Source: Podarcis muralis
Taxonomy: Eukaryota
Direction of reading: 5' to 3'
Assembly (NCBI RefSeq): GCF_964188315.1
Contig: NC_135658.1
Location: forward strand, 34,596,001-34,660,000
DNA length: 64,000 nucleotides
Shown here piece by piece: positions 1-12,652 of this stretch. The notes under the pieces were generated by a model, which saw only the letters and a list, made by a program, of their open reading frames with translations, made no database searches and was not told the DNA's origin. The position numbers and the translations under genes are program-made. Positions within the stretch are counted from its first letter, which is position 1. Every line of letters begins with the position of its first letter.

Positions 1-585
1 CTAATAAAGTACCCTTGTGAGTTGTAGGATATTATCTGTCCCATTGCTGCTCATTGTAATATTGGCAGTAGCTTTGCAAATGCCTAAAAAATTATTAGCC
101 CACCAACTACATGAGGTTGCATGGGCAGATTGAATAATGGCTCTGGTAAGCTGATAGATGGTAAGGAATTGTTGCTTACCTTGGTCAAGGCTGCATTGCA
201 GGTGTGACCATGTCAACCCATAACTTAGCAACCATTTATTTCTTGTGTCCTTGCATAAAGCAAAGTCCTTTTACTGCTGTTAGATAGCTATGGGTTTAGA
301 TGTTTTCATGATTTATGGTGTTTGCATTTTTATAATCACAGTATTATTTTATTATACAATGAGACACTGCTCTTGGATTTAAAAGGCAGGGGCATATAAA
401 TCTTCTAAATCAAACACTGGAAGGCACACAGTCCTATTTAGATCTTTATCAGGAAGCAGAAAGTTAAATGTGTGAGCAGAGTAGTGAGTCAAATACTGAA
501 ACGGCTGAAACAGGACAAAAATAGACAGTAGAAAGGCAGAGGGAGAGGCACACTAAATGAAACTGTTGTAAAGACAGTATGAATA

Positions 586-1335
586 ATAGAATTGTAGAAC
601 TGTAAAGTTGGAAGGGACTCCAAGGGTCATTTAGTCCAAATCCCTGCAATTCAAGAATCTCAACTAAAGCGTCCATGACAGATGGCCATCCGATCTCCGC
701 TTAAAAGCCTCCAAGGAAGCAGAGTCCACAACCTCATGAGGGAGTCTGTTCCACCATCAAACTGCTCTTACTGTCAGGAAGTTCTTTCTGGTGTTTAGTC
801 AGAATCTCCTCCTTTCTTGTAACTTGAATCCATTGGTGCAGGCCCTACACTTTGGAGCAAGAGAAAACATGCTTGCTCCATCTTCCATGTGACAGCCCTT
901 CAGATATTTGAAGATGGCTATCATATATCCTCTTAGTCTCCTCTTCTCCAAGCTAAATATACCCAGTTACCTCAAACCCTTATAACATTTGGTTCCCAGG
1001 CCCTTTATCATCTTGATCACCTTCTGAAGGCAGCCCTGTTTAGAGAAGTTTTTAATGTGTGACATTTTAATGCATTTTTAATGTTTGTTGGAAGCCGCCC
1101 ACAGTGGCTGGGGAAACGCAGTATCCTTCTTAAATTGTGGTGTCCAGAACTGGACACAGTACTTCAGGTATGGTCTGAGCAAGGCAGAATAGAGTGGTAT
1201 TATTACTTCCCTTGATCTAGACACTATCTCTACGTCTGTTGATGCAGCCTAGAATAGCCTGACCTTTTTTTTTGCTGCTGCATCACACTGTTGACTCATA
1301 TTAAGCCTGTGGTCTACTAAGAGCCCTAGATCCAC
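586..1335 (-). mobile_element. CR1 LINE 3' fragment, interrupted at about 1030-1120 by an L2-like 3' piece
   Basis: CR1 tail (atagaattgtagaactgtaaagttggaaggga) and ORF2 3' motifs (tgtccagaactggacacagtact). Confidence 0.8.
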
Positions 1336-2412
1336 AAAAGCTCATGGTTGGTTACCTGTATATGGAACTCAGCATCTGAGATCCTCCTCCTTGTCCTTCT
1401 TCTGAAAAAGCAAGTTTCCAGACCTTATGTATGTAACAAAGATGCAGGTCACAAGTGTGCACACTAGGCAGTGTCTGTAGTAGTCAGTAGTCAGCCGGGG
1501 GCTTGGCTGAAAACTAGAGACCTTGCTACATAGGATTTTGCTGTTAGTAGAATTTCCAGTGCCCAGGATCTAAAGCTTTAGTTTCCAACACCCCCACTTT
1601 CCTTCACTGATATCTATTAGAAGCAGGAGAATTATGCAAGTTCAGACAATCTATCCAAAGACATAGAATTTGGTTTTGTAGGTTAATTCTCTTCATTTCT
1701 TCAGCATACGCAGTCCTGTCCTTAGTGCAAAGGAAAGCTTTGTATGGTAGACAACTCTTCCGATCATTACCTCTGATTACAAAGAGATGTTTGTTCTTTT
1801 AGAAAGGATGTTCATGTGCTATACAAGCTGACATTTATGGATTTGTATTCCCTGCCTGACGTATAGTGGTATGGAGAGTTTGGCATGCTGGCTGAAGCCA
1901 ATGAGAGATTTAAGGATGTAATCCTAAGGCATTAGTGAGTGGGAGCTGAAGGCAGTTAGATGAGAAATGAGGGCAGAGGAGTGAACTCTGTCCTTTTGCA
2001 GGGTCCCCCCCCCTGCTTCTTAATCAGTTGCCTCCCATTGGATCCTAGCTTTCCCTTGGTTCTGCCTTTGCAGACCTCACTCTTAACCCTACTAGCATTT
2101 CTTTATTTTAACAATTTATATATCTTTGATTTCTCTGAAAGACTCAAGGTGGCTAATAAAAGTGTAGAAGGAACAAAACAAAACAAACAAGTCCTTAAAC
2201 CTGATGTACCTTCAAAATTAGTAAAAACAAATTCAAAATTGGGGCTCTCACATTGGTAGGGCAGGTCCTTAACACTGTGTGTGCAGTGTGGGAATCAGCA
2301 CTCACCCTTCTCTGATGTACATCAATGGACTGCAATAGGGCTGCAGAACCTGTAAAAAAAAATAAAAAAGTATTTTCAGAGCGGAAAAGGTAGCAAATTT
2401 TCAAGCTGCAGA

Positions 2413-2810
2413 CAGTGTTCAATATTCCCATTGTTTTAGGCGCATTTTGCGACAGGGCATTTCATAAGTGCAAGCAGTTTTTGACCTCTGGGAGCTGTCC
2501 TGCACCTAAGATTTCTGATTAAAACTCAGAGTGGAAGGAAAGGAGGACCTTTTTTTTTTTTGCTTCCCCCCTTCCAGCTACTCTCTGAAGACTGGAGAAG
2601 AGACTCTCCTAAGGATATTAGGGGGAGTGGGCAGGGCAAGGACTAGACCATGTGAAGGATGAACACAATATTTTAGCTGCAGTTCATTCATTTTCAGCTT
2701 TGTATTCTTGTTATTAAAAAAGTGTGCCTAGACATTCCGCTGTTGTGCCCATAACCTAGGTTTAAGGTGCCATTTAGCTCCTAGCTTTCATATCTCAGTT
2801 TCTAACACTG
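2413..2810. mobile_element. hAT-type MITE, copy 1 (398 bp)
   Basis: Termini CAGTGTT...AACACTG, perfect 8-bp TSD GCTGCAGA (2405-2412, 2811-2818); a clearly homologous copy lies at 16696-17110. Confidence 0.85.
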
Positions 2811-2913
2811 GCTGCAGATCCAGAAACTTTTCTTGTCTTTCAGCACTAAAGGTTAATCCAGTAAGAAGTATCTGCTAACCAGTTAGATCCCCTCACACAC
2901 AAATAATCTTTCT

Positions 2914-3250
2914 CAGGGGTCAGCAAAGTTTTTGTGGCTTGGGCCAGTTCATGGTCCCACAGATGCTGCAGTGGGCTGGAGTGTGCGCATGCGCACGAAC
3001 GCGCATATGTTATTTCTGGCACAGAGGAGGTGTGCGCAGCTTCCAATTGACTGCAGGAGCTTCCTGCAGCCAATGGGAAGCTGGCCAGCATCACGGAAGG
3101 CGGTCCCCTCAGTATTCTGAGATGCAATATACAGGTAACTCACAATTTGCACGCATTTAACTTGTGGACGTTCAGCTCTATGTGTTTGGCAATTATTTTT
3201 TCTATCAAAAGGGTGAGGCATCCATGAAAAAAGACTTTGGCAATCCCACC
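2914..3250. mobile_element. Degenerate hAT-like MITE (CAGGGGTCAGCAAA terminus)
   Basis: Left terminus shared with the element at 7952-8203; right end poorly defined. Confidence 0.45.
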
Positions 3251-4024
3251 CATCATGGAACCCAATGCGTTTTGACTATACATTATTTGGCTTTATCCGC
3301 TACCCCCAGAATATAATCCACATGTAAGCTGAGAGTTGCCTGTACAGCCTCAAAGAAGGGCAGTGGGGCAGGCATCTGCTAACTGTTGGGGAAGCTTACC
3401 TCCTGCAGTTTGTGGAGTAATTGCCTTTTGATAAGAGGCAAGCAGTTACGAGAATGAGATGTAACAGCAACTAGAAATGTTTCACAGAGCTGCTGGTCCA
3501 AGAATTAATTTGAAGTCTTTCCCATTAATATGCCTTATGGCACTGGTTTTTAACTGGTGCGTGGGGACGCATCAGTGGGTTGTGGCATGACCCAAGGTGG
3601 GTTGCAGCAGGAGCACTACCATCATGTGAAGATGTAGTAAAAGATTGAGAAATGGGTCTGCCAATGCATGTTTGAGTTAAACATGGGTTTTGGGTTTAAA
3701 AAGTTTGAAGATGCCTTATGAAGACCGGAAGTGCTTATACTCTTGAGTCAGGCTTTCTAAGCAGGTCCGTTCAAGGTAAAGAGTGGTATTGTGGGAGACA
3801 GTTATTAGCTGTAAGCTGGCATGCCAGTGGTGTGAAGGGACAGGGTTGTGAGACCTCGTGGAGGATAAGAATATCCACGTCTACTAACCTAGATGGCTAT
3901 GTTCTACTTCCTGAGTCAGAGGCAATAGGCTTCAGGATGCCAGCTGCTGGTAATGGCATGTGCTGTTGTGCTCAGGTCCGGCTTGCGAGTTTCCCACAGG
4001 CATCTGGTTGGACACTGACCCAGC

Positions 4025-4230
4025 AAATTTTTCTTCCAGCAGAGCCTAATGGAACAGGCCAGTGGCCCATCTAGTCCAGCATCCTATTCTCACAGTGGTT
4101 GATCAGATGTCTGTGGGAAATTGGCATGCAGGATGTGAGCACAAGAGCCCTCTCCTTCCTATGGTTTCCAGCAACTGGTATTGAGAAGTATTGCTACTTC
4201 CAGCTGTGGAGGCAGAGCATATAGCTGTTA
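4025..4230 (-). mobile_element. CR1 3' tail fragment
   Basis: cccatctagtccagcatcctattctcacagtgg is the reverse complement of the CR1 tail at about 5960-6040. Confidence 0.65.
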
Positions 4231-5139
4231 TGGCTAGTATGTTCTTATGAGTCCCTTCTGTATGACAGAGAGAGGTAGGGCTCATTATTGAGACGGATGA
4301 ATGAACAGAGCCCTTCCTTTCTCTTCCACCTTATTGTTGACTCACAGTTGTTAGTAAACCTGATACCTCTGACATGCTTCTGTTCACTTGCCCCTGTTTA
4401 TTTTTCTTTACGGTGCTCTCATGCTTCCACAGGACTGAAGGCTTTGGATTTCCCAAGGCTACAAGGCTATGCTGGAAAATAAAATGGACTGTGTGACTTA
4501 TCTCGTGATGGTATTCCATGTCTTGTGACCTTTTGATGTTTTCCTTAGCCTTTCCGCTCTCAGAGTCTTACGATTACATTGGAATTTTAGCTTTTATTTA
4601 TTTTTTAAACCCAGCTTTTCCAGAAAAACTAGACGCTCAATAGAGAGAGCATTTCTTAAAAATAAAAAGATACCTTCCTGTGTTACTGAGCTATAATCCT
4701 AAAGGGGTAATGCTAGTAGGTTATATGCCTGAGCTTGTAAAGTGACACTGTTGAAACTGGTGTCAGCTGGAGATATGTTATAATTGAAACACAGACTACA
4801 GTGTGCTTAATTTCATTGAAATCAGTGATCTTAAAAGCATATTTAATTTAGCATGGCATGCTGTCCATTTTAAAGGCGAGACATTTCTCCCATTTCTTTA
4901 TAGTGCGAGAACCCATGTTTATGCAAGCATAACACAAAAATCCCTTTCTTGTTATTATTATTTTTTGTGTTAAAAACTTTAGAAGCCTTTTGCAGTTGAA
5001 CTGAACTACAGTTAAGAACCAGGATGTGGTTGTAGCTGGTGGCATTGAGACAAACATGTGACTAAGCTTAGTTACTTTGCATATGGTGCAAAACTTCGGG
5101 GATATATAGATGGCTGAAAGGAAAGACATGCTACGTATG

Positions 5140-6048
5140 ATATTACCATAATGCCGTTAGACAAATCTATGGTGTGACCACAATTAAGAGTACAGTCGTA
5201 CCTTGGAAGTTGAACGGTATCCATTCCGGAAGTCCGTTCGACTTCCAAAATTTTTGGAAACCAAAGCACAGCTTCTGATTGGCTGTAGGAAGCCAATCAG
5301 AAGACGCTGAAGCCCTGTTGGACGTTCGGCTTTTAAAAATAGTTCATAAACCAGAACAGTCACTTCCGGGTTTGCGGCGTCCGGGAGCCAAAACATTCAA
5401 GAACTAAGCTGTTTGAGAACCAAGGTAGGACTGTACTTTGTACAGTTCTGGTTGCCTCACCTCAAACAGGATATTGTAGAGTTGGAAAAGGTTCAGAAAA
5501 GGGCCAAGAAAGTGATCAAGGGGATGGAGCGACTTCCCTATGAGGAAAGGTTGCAGCCTTTGGAACTTTTTAATTTAGAGAAAAGGCGAACAAGAGGCGG
5601 TGTGATAGAAGATTATAAAATTATGCATGGCATGGAGAAAGTGGATAGAGCTCGGGGACATCCAGTCAAGCTGGATGTTGGAAGATTTAGGGCAGATAAA
5701 AGAAAGTACTTCTTCCTGCAGTGCATAGTCAGACTAAGGAGCTCGCTCCCCCAGGAGGCAGTGGTGGCAACCAATTTGGATGGCTTTAAAAGAGGATCAG
5801 ATGAATTCATGGAGGAGGAGAGGGCTATGGATGGCTACTAGCCATGGTACTGATGCTCTGTCTTCTCATTTGGAGCCAGCAATGGTTCTGAATGCTAGTT
5901 GTTGGAAACCATGAGAGAGGCAAGAGTGCTCTCGAGCTCATGTTCTGCTCCCTGGTTTCCTGCAGGCATTTGGTTGGCCACTGTGAGAACAGGATGCTGG
6001 ACTAGGTGGACCATTGACCTGATCCAACAGACTGTTCTTGTGTTTTTA
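5140..6048 (+). mobile_element. CR1 LINE 3' fragment, split by a Tigger-like MITE
   Basis: ORF2 C-terminus VQFWLPHLKQDIVELEKVQKRA...FFLQCIVRL; CR1 sequence is continuous on both sides of the MITE. Confidence 0.88.
5193..5433. mobile_element. Tc1/mariner (Tigger/pogo-like) MITE
   Basis: Terminal inverted repeats (TIRs) CAGTCGTACCTTGG / CCAAGGTAGGACTG, flanked by TA on both sides. Confidence 0.85.
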
Positions 6049-6074
6049 TGGAAGGTGATTTGAAGAAAGAAATA

Positions 6075-6308
6075 CAGTGGTACCTCAGGTTAAGAACTTT
6101 ATTCGTTCTGGAGGTCCGTTCTTAACCTGAAACTGTTCTTAACCTGAAGCACCACTTTAGCTAATGGAGCCTCCCGCTGCCGCCGCCATGCGATTTCTGT
6201 TCTCATCCTGAAGCAAAGTTCTTAACCCAAGGTACTATTTCTGGGTTAGTGGAGTCTGTAACCTGAAGCATCTGTAACCTGAAGCCACTGTAACCTGAGG
6301 TACCACTG
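6075..6308 (+). mobile_element. Tigger-like MITE, family CAGTGGTACCTC
   Basis: TIRs CAGTGGTACCTCAGGTT / AACCTGAGGTACCACTG, TA TSD; five copies in the window. Confidence 0.9.
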
Positions 6309-7402
6309 TAGGCACATTCTAAATCCACCCCTTAAACCGTGCTTGCATGTTACAGGAGAAAGACAGAACTTCCAACTGCAGTTATAGATTGAGCACAGTG
6401 AGAAGCTCTTACTCCCACCCCAGTTCCCAATCCTAAAGGCTATGGTACACTGTTGGATTTCACCCTTGACTTGAACATTTCAGCTACTTATCAGGCAGGG
6501 TTTTTAAAAAAATGAATATTGTACCAGCTTGTATCAGGGCAAGAACAGAAGGGGAATTTAAGCTATTCTGGCCTTGTTTCAGTCTTGATTAAAATCTGTC
6601 CTCTGAAAGCGCTGTTAGCTTGCAGGGATGGAGAATCGCCACACAGATGCCAATGGAGGATCTTCTCCAATGCCAACTGCACCTTCAAAACAGAAGTTTT
6701 CATCAGGACTTCAGCAGGCTAGGAAGGATTGCCTGCTCTGATTAGTTATCTCACACAAGCACACTGGCAATGCAAGTTGCATGGAAAAAAAACATGTTGC
6801 AAGTTAGGTGGAAAAGCACATTTAACTTCAAGTATAGTTTAGGTTTGAGTGTTGGGAGTATGAGATGTCTGTGTAAAGAGAGTGGTATGTGTTGGAAAGC
6901 AAAGTAGGTGCAGAAAGGATTTTAAAAAAAGCTTGTTTCATGGGTTTCCACTTAATCAGTCCTTCTTTTTAAAATTATTTGTTCTTTAAATAGTTGTCAG
7001 TGTAGCATGGCTGAATGTCATTTACAGTGCAATCCTACCCATGTTTGCACAGAAGGAAGGGTCGTTTAGTTCAATGTGATTTGCTACCAGGCCACTGAAT
7101 ATAGGATTGCCATAGTTTCTTTTATACTCGTGGAAATGTATTTGATTGCTTCATGTTAATCAGCTTTACTTTTCATGAGATTCTCATGTTACAATTGTGC
7201 CACCTCCTTTTTCTCTTCCTTTGTGTGAACGCCAAAGCAAGTGACACTGTCCATTTTTCCATACGCAAAGATTATCCATTCTTTCATAACTGTTATGCAA
7301 ACTTTACATAACCCCCACAATTTCCCAGTTGAAAACGAGATGATGGTGCCTTAAAAAAAACCCAAAACATAAACCTGATTGACAGAAATCTCATAGCACT
7401 AG

Positions 7403-7404
<2 letters not shown>

Positions 7405-7447
<43 letters not shown>
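7405..7447 (+). repeat. (AAT)n microsatellite
   Basis: Direct reading. Confidence 0.95.
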
Positions 7448-7448
<1 letters not shown>

Positions 7449-7861
7449 ATTTCTTACCAACTGAGAAACAAATGTATTTACATTTTTAGATGCCACCAAT
7501 CTGTGGTTTTTTGCTTCTTTTTCTTTCCATCACACCCAAACTTGTTCTCACGCACTTTAGATTTCTCAGAACTTCAAAGTGATATGTTAGTCATTTTCTA
7601 CATGCAGTAGCAGATCAAGAAAATATGCCTCGGGAATAGGCTTCAATATTACAGAATCAATACATGCCAAAAACTAGTTCACATAGATGGATTCCGTAGT
7701 GCAGTATTGCTGTTAAGTGAGTTCCTAGGAAGGAACTCCCCCCATTATTGTACTTTTGGAGCAAGGATTGCATGGCTCAGTTGGTTAGAGCATGCTGCTG
7801 ATAACACGAAGGTTTCAGGTTTGAGCCCCACAGATGCATTTTCCTGCATTGTGGGGGATTG

Positions 7862-7933
7862 AAGACAGGAGTGCCTGGCGTGCTCTGGTCCATGGGGTCA
7901 CGAAGAGTCAGACACGACTAAACAACAACAACA
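7862..7933 (+). mobile_element. Bov-B (RTE) LINE extreme 3' fragment
   Basis: gacaggagtgcctggcgtgctctggtccatggggtcacgaagagtc...(AAC)n; TSD TGGGGGATTG. Confidence 0.88.
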
Positions 7934-7951
7934 TGGGGGATTGGACTAGAT

Positions 7952-8203
7952 AAGGGGTCAGCAAACTTTTTCAGCATGCGGCCAGTCCACTGTCCCTCAG
8001 ACCTTGGGGAGGGCCAGTCTATATTTTGAAAAAATAATAATGAACGAATTCCTATGCCCCACAAATAACCCAGAGATGCATTTTAAATAAAAGCACACAT
8101 TCTACTGATGTAAAAACATGCTGATTCCTGGACCGTCCGTGGGCTGGATTTAGAAGGCGATTGGGCCGGATCTGGCCCCCGGGCCTTAGTTTGCCTCCCC
8201 ATG
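7952..8203. mobile_element. hAT MITE
   Basis: Termini (C>A)AGGGGTCAGCAAACT / AGTTTGCCTCCCCATG, 8-bp TSD GACTAGAT. Confidence 0.82.
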
Positions 8204-9011
8204 GACTAGATGATCTTCAGGGTCGCTTCCAACACTACAATTCTATGCTTCTAAGGGTAGTGTGCAAGAATGAGGTCCAAAAGGGGAACCTGTCATTTTT
8301 CCAGAACCAGATGGTCTTCATTCTTGGAAAGGCAAAGGAACCTTTCTCATCCAAGCAGGCAACAGTTCTTCTTGTCCCAGGATACAAAGCCTGAGATGGG
8401 GAGCCTGGAGGCAGGAAGAGTTGTTGTAAAGATAGGAAGCTGTGGGGAAAGGTTATCTTGGCACAGGAAACAAAAGATTCATACAAGCCTGTTGCAAGTT
8501 TCCTTTTGAAACATGTTTCTTTGAAACTGCCTGCAGCTTGCAAGTTGGTCTTTTGTGAGAATGTAATGAAGCATGCAGGGCAGGGACAATTAAGCCTCTG
8601 ATAAGATATGCTTTTGACCACAGGCACGTGCCCTTTTAGAGCAACGCAGGGAATTTTGGAAAGACCAAAAATGAAAATTATGAATGGCAGATTTTTCTCA
8701 GCGTTTCTTCTCAGAAAATAATTTTTATCATGTCTGCTGTCCGTGTGTTCAAATGCAAGGACTGCTTCACTGTAAGTGTCCAGTGACTTTGCAGCAAAAG
8801 TGGAATAATAGTTTCCTGGTTTGTGCACAAAAAGTGGGGAAAACATTTTGGGACCATAGCTTGGGCCACAGCTCAGTGATAGAGTGTCTGCCTTGCATGA
8901 AGAAGATTCCAGGTTGAACCCCTAGCATCTCTGAAATCCTGGCCAGCTATTGCTGGTCTACATAGAGAGTTGTTTTGTTCACACATAATGCTGAGCCAAG
9001 GTTTATTAATA

Positions 9012-9253
9012 CAGTGGTACCTTGGGTTAAGCACTTAATTCGTTCCGGAGGTCTGTACTTAACCTGAAACTGTTCTTAACCTGAAGCACCACTTTAGCTA
9101 ATGGGGCCTCCCGCTGCTGCTGCGCCACTGGAGCACGATTTCTGGTCTCATCCTGAAGCAAAGTTCTTAACCCGAGGTACTATTTCTGGGTTAGCGGAGT
9201 CTGTAACCTGAAGCATATGTAACCTGAAGCGTATGTAACCTGAGGTACTACTG
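9012..9253 (+). mobile_element. Tigger-like MITE, family CAGTGGTACCTC
   Basis: Same TIRs and internal sequence, TA TSD. Confidence 0.9.
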
Positions 9254-9397
9254 TATGTGGTTTCTTAAATGATGGGCTAGCATTAATGTGAACCCAGGCC
9301 AGGCAGCTTAATTATGGTTTATTAACTGTGACCAAAGCTCACACATTAACCAAATGTTGTGGCTGGCTCACAAAACATTAGTTAACATCCACCATAA

Positions 9398-9760
9398 AAA
9401 GTTAAAGGTACCCCTGCCCGTACGGGCCAGTCGTGTCCGACTCTAGGGTTGTGCGCCCATCTCACTTAAGAGGCCGGGGGCCAGCGCTGTCCGGAGACAC
9501 TACCGGGTCACGTGGCCAGCGTGACGAAGCTGCTCTGGCGAGCCGGCACCAGCACAGCACACGGAAACGCCGTTTACCTTCCCGCCAGAAAGCGGTACCT
9601 ATTTATCTATTTGCACTTTAGTGGTGCTTTCGAACTGCTAGGTGGGCAGGAGCTGGGACCGAAGACGGGAGCTCACCCCGCCGCGGGGATTCGTACCGCT
9701 GACCATGCGATCGGCAAGCCCTAGGTGCTGAGGTTTTACCCACAGCGCCACCCGCGTCCC
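9398..9760 (-). mobile_element. Sauria SINE, full length
   Basis: Reverse complement begins GGGACGCGGGTGGCGCTGTGGGTAAAACC (tRNA-like A/B boxes) and ends in an ACCTTT-type tail. Confidence 0.92.
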
Positions 9761-10546
9761 TTTTAACACCATAGCTTAGCATTATTTGTGAACTTGGACC
9801 CCCTTCTTAACTATGGTTAATGAGCTGTCATTGCCCCAAAGCATTAGCGCTGTGAGTGAAGAGTGGTTCTTCTTGGCTTGCATCTCCTTTAATGGGGAAA
9901 GGGAATGTAATAAGCCACAGTTTAAGTGACCATCTACTTGATGCCTCAGTTTTAACTGTGGTTAATGTTAACTTTGGCATAGTGTTATGTGCAAACAAGG
10001 TCAATACTGGGCTAAGTGGACCCAGTGGTCTGACTTTGTATCGGGAAGATCCCTGTGTTCTTAAGAAAAGCAACAATGTGTGTGACCATCGCACATGATT
10101 ATCTACACACGAGTTTGTTTCCTACAGATTCAAAGGTATTTTGTAACAAGTGAAGTGGTTCTGAAAATCAGACTGCTGTTGCAAAAGTATCCTTGAAACC
10201 TGCCTTTATAGACTGGGTGCATGAATTATAACTGCAGCTTGGCCTTTTAGTGCTTTGATTTTAGCTTACAATTGGAATGCTCACATTACTTCTCCCATGC
10301 AACCCTTTTCAATCTATATAAAAAGCAATCCAGTATATAGTATCTCTGGGTCATTCTTCCTTTCCTGTAAATATATTTTTAGAAAATGAGGTATTCTTCT
10401 GTCAGGAAATAAGAGGATAGGGAAGGGAAGGGAAGAGAAGACTAGAGCAGGAGTGGGGAACCTTTGGCTCACCAGATGTTCCTGAACAACAAATCCCACT
10501 AACCCTAGCTCAGCAGCATCTGAATGGTGTTAGGATGGGCTGAAAG

Positions 10547-10593
<47 letters not shown>

Positions 10594-10600
10594 AATAATA
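10547..10600 (+). repeat. (AAC)n(AAT)n compound microsatellite
   Basis: Direct reading. Confidence 0.95.
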
Positions 10601-12147
10601 AATATCATGATACAGTTAATACTGTTAGGAGCAGAAAAATCACACTGGCTTATTAGGGAAAACACATATCAGAGCAACAGTAGATGGTGCCTTTATTGGG
10701 ACTGCCTAAAAGATCAGAGTAGTGAGCAGAGTTGAACTTATCCGGTAAGCAAAAACAAAAATTGAAATCCAAAGGTTATGGGAAAAGAGAAAATATATAT
10801 TGCAGGGCCTGTTGAGAAACCCAAGCCTGCAGTTTGTAATGGAATGGAAGGAGGGTGTTGAGCCTGACTTAATTAGGAGCGGTGATCCATGTTGTGGAGG
10901 AGAACCATTCAGATTCATATACCCCAAAGTTGTGTGCCCATTAAATACGGTCTGGATTCCCCCCCCCCCAACCGTTTGAAACACAGTTAGGGGGCACACA
11001 AACAGAAGAGAAGGAGAGGAAATACCATACGCAGCCCAAAGTGCTTGCACTAGCAAAGCTGTTTAGCTGGATGCCACCCACCCTGTTTTCTCTAAAGTAC
11101 CAGAGATCTGGTCTCCCTCTCCAGTGGCAGAGCAGCACTCATAGATCTCATAACAGCCCCTTAGCCATCATTCTGCTGGATTTAGGATTGCTCTGTAAGT
11201 AACAAAGTTGCTATGGGAAAAAATGGGGGGGGGGGGAATGTGCTTTCATTATCTGTATCCCAGGGATCTACAGATCCAGTCAGCTTTGGCACTGCTTCTG
11301 AGTAGGAACAGCTTCTTGCTGATTGATTGTTTTAGAAGTGAGTAGCTTTCTGGAAGAAAAAAAAGTTTAATTGGCTGTCTAGCATTCCGCTTGCTTGGCT
11401 TTTTTATTTTTTTGGCCAAGTGCTCAGCAGCATGTTTTGTTTCATACTGAAGCTCTTCAGAAACAAGACACTCCCTACTGTCAGCGTAATTTGCCTCTTT
11501 CCTCGTAAGCACTAACTAATGAATGTCCATGCTACTCCTGCTACAGGATATAAGGAATGTTTCCTTCCTTGACCTATCCGTGAACTTCTAACAAAATAAA
11601 AATAAATACCCATTATCTCATATAATTGTATGTTTAATGCATTTTCCATTACATTGCCGTTTCTGTTCAAACAAGGTAATCCATACCTCTAATAGTATTA
11701 TTCCTGCCTTTGCCTTCTGTGGCTTGTAAATCAGGCTAGAGCAATTGATGGCCCATAGGCTAAAAGTATGTGCATGGGAGAGAGGTATTCTGTATCTAGA
11801 TGTTTTATCTCTCATAGGGGTTTTTGGACACAGTGCGCCCCAGCTATGTTAAGCACATGGAATCCATAACCATGAAGCCCTCTCCTTAAGCAGTTGCCCA
11901 GAAACCAGCCATGCAGCTTGTGCAGCAAAATGCATTTATATCTTAAACTAGTGTCCTCTAGAATCAGGCCAGAATACCCACAGTGGCTAACTAGATTTCT
12001 TGGGAAGCCAGAAAAGAGGACAGCAGACCTTCTGTGCTCCCCAGCAGCTGAGGTTCCTGAGGTTCCACACAGTTGTCATTACTGGTAGGCACATGTTCTC
12101 CATGGATCTGTCCAGTCCACTTTGAAAGGCATCTAACATAATTGCCA

Positions 12148-12652
12148 GAAAAAAAGCAGAAAGCAGAGACATCACCTTGCCAACAAAGGTCCATATAGTT
12201 AAAGCTATGGTTTTCCCAGTAGTGATGTATGGAAGAGTGAGCTGGACCATAAAGAAGGCTGATCGCCGAAGAATTGATGCTTTTGAATTATGGTGCTGGA
12301 GGAGACTCTTGAGAGTCCCATGGACTGCAAGAAGATCCAACCTATCCATTCTTAAGGAAATCAGCCCCGAGTGCTCACTGGAAGGACAGACCCTGAAGCT
12401 GAGGCTCCAATACTTTGGCCACCTCATGAGAAGAGAAGACTCCCTGGAAAAGACCCTGATGTTGGGAAAGATGGAGGGCACAAGGAGAAGGGGACGACAG
12501 AGGACGAGATGGTTAGACAGTGTTCTCGAAGCTGCAAACATGAGTTTGACCAAACTGCGGGAGGCAGTGGAAGACAGGAGTGCCTGGCGTGCTCTGGTCC
12601 ATGGGGTCACGAAGAGTCGGACACGACTAAACGACTAAACAACAACAACAAC
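12148..12652 (+). mobile_element. Bov-B (RTE) LINE 3' fragment, about 500 bp
   Basis: ORF ...KAMVFPVVMYG...RRIDAFELWCWRRLLRVPWTARRSN...; (AAC)n tail; 13-bp TSD AACATAATTGCCA. Confidence 0.95.

Larger units (their letters stand above)
7764..8250 (+). mobile_element. tRNA-Ile-like SINE with a CR1-derived tail (Squam3/P.s.1-like), carrying two nested insertions
   Basis: Head ggctcagttggttagagcatgctgctgataac; tail cctgcattg...gactagatgatcttcagggtcgcttccaacactacaattctatg once the inserts are removed. Confidence 0.75.

Noticed and set aside
2984-2995. Perfect NRF1 palindrome TGCGCATGCGCA as a promoter mark
   Set aside because: It lies within a hAT-like MITE remnant, with no CpG island around it.
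5413-5841. 142-aa ORF as a host gene
   Set aside because: The start lies inside a MITE terminus and the rest is CR1 ORF2.
7770-7835. Apparent tRNA-Ile gene (also tRNA-Lys-like 30536-30609 and tRNA-Ala-like 63325-63390)
   Set aside because: Stems and the T-loop are degenerate, and the sequences continue into SINE bodies or sit among repeat remnants, so they are SINE heads rather than tRNA genes.
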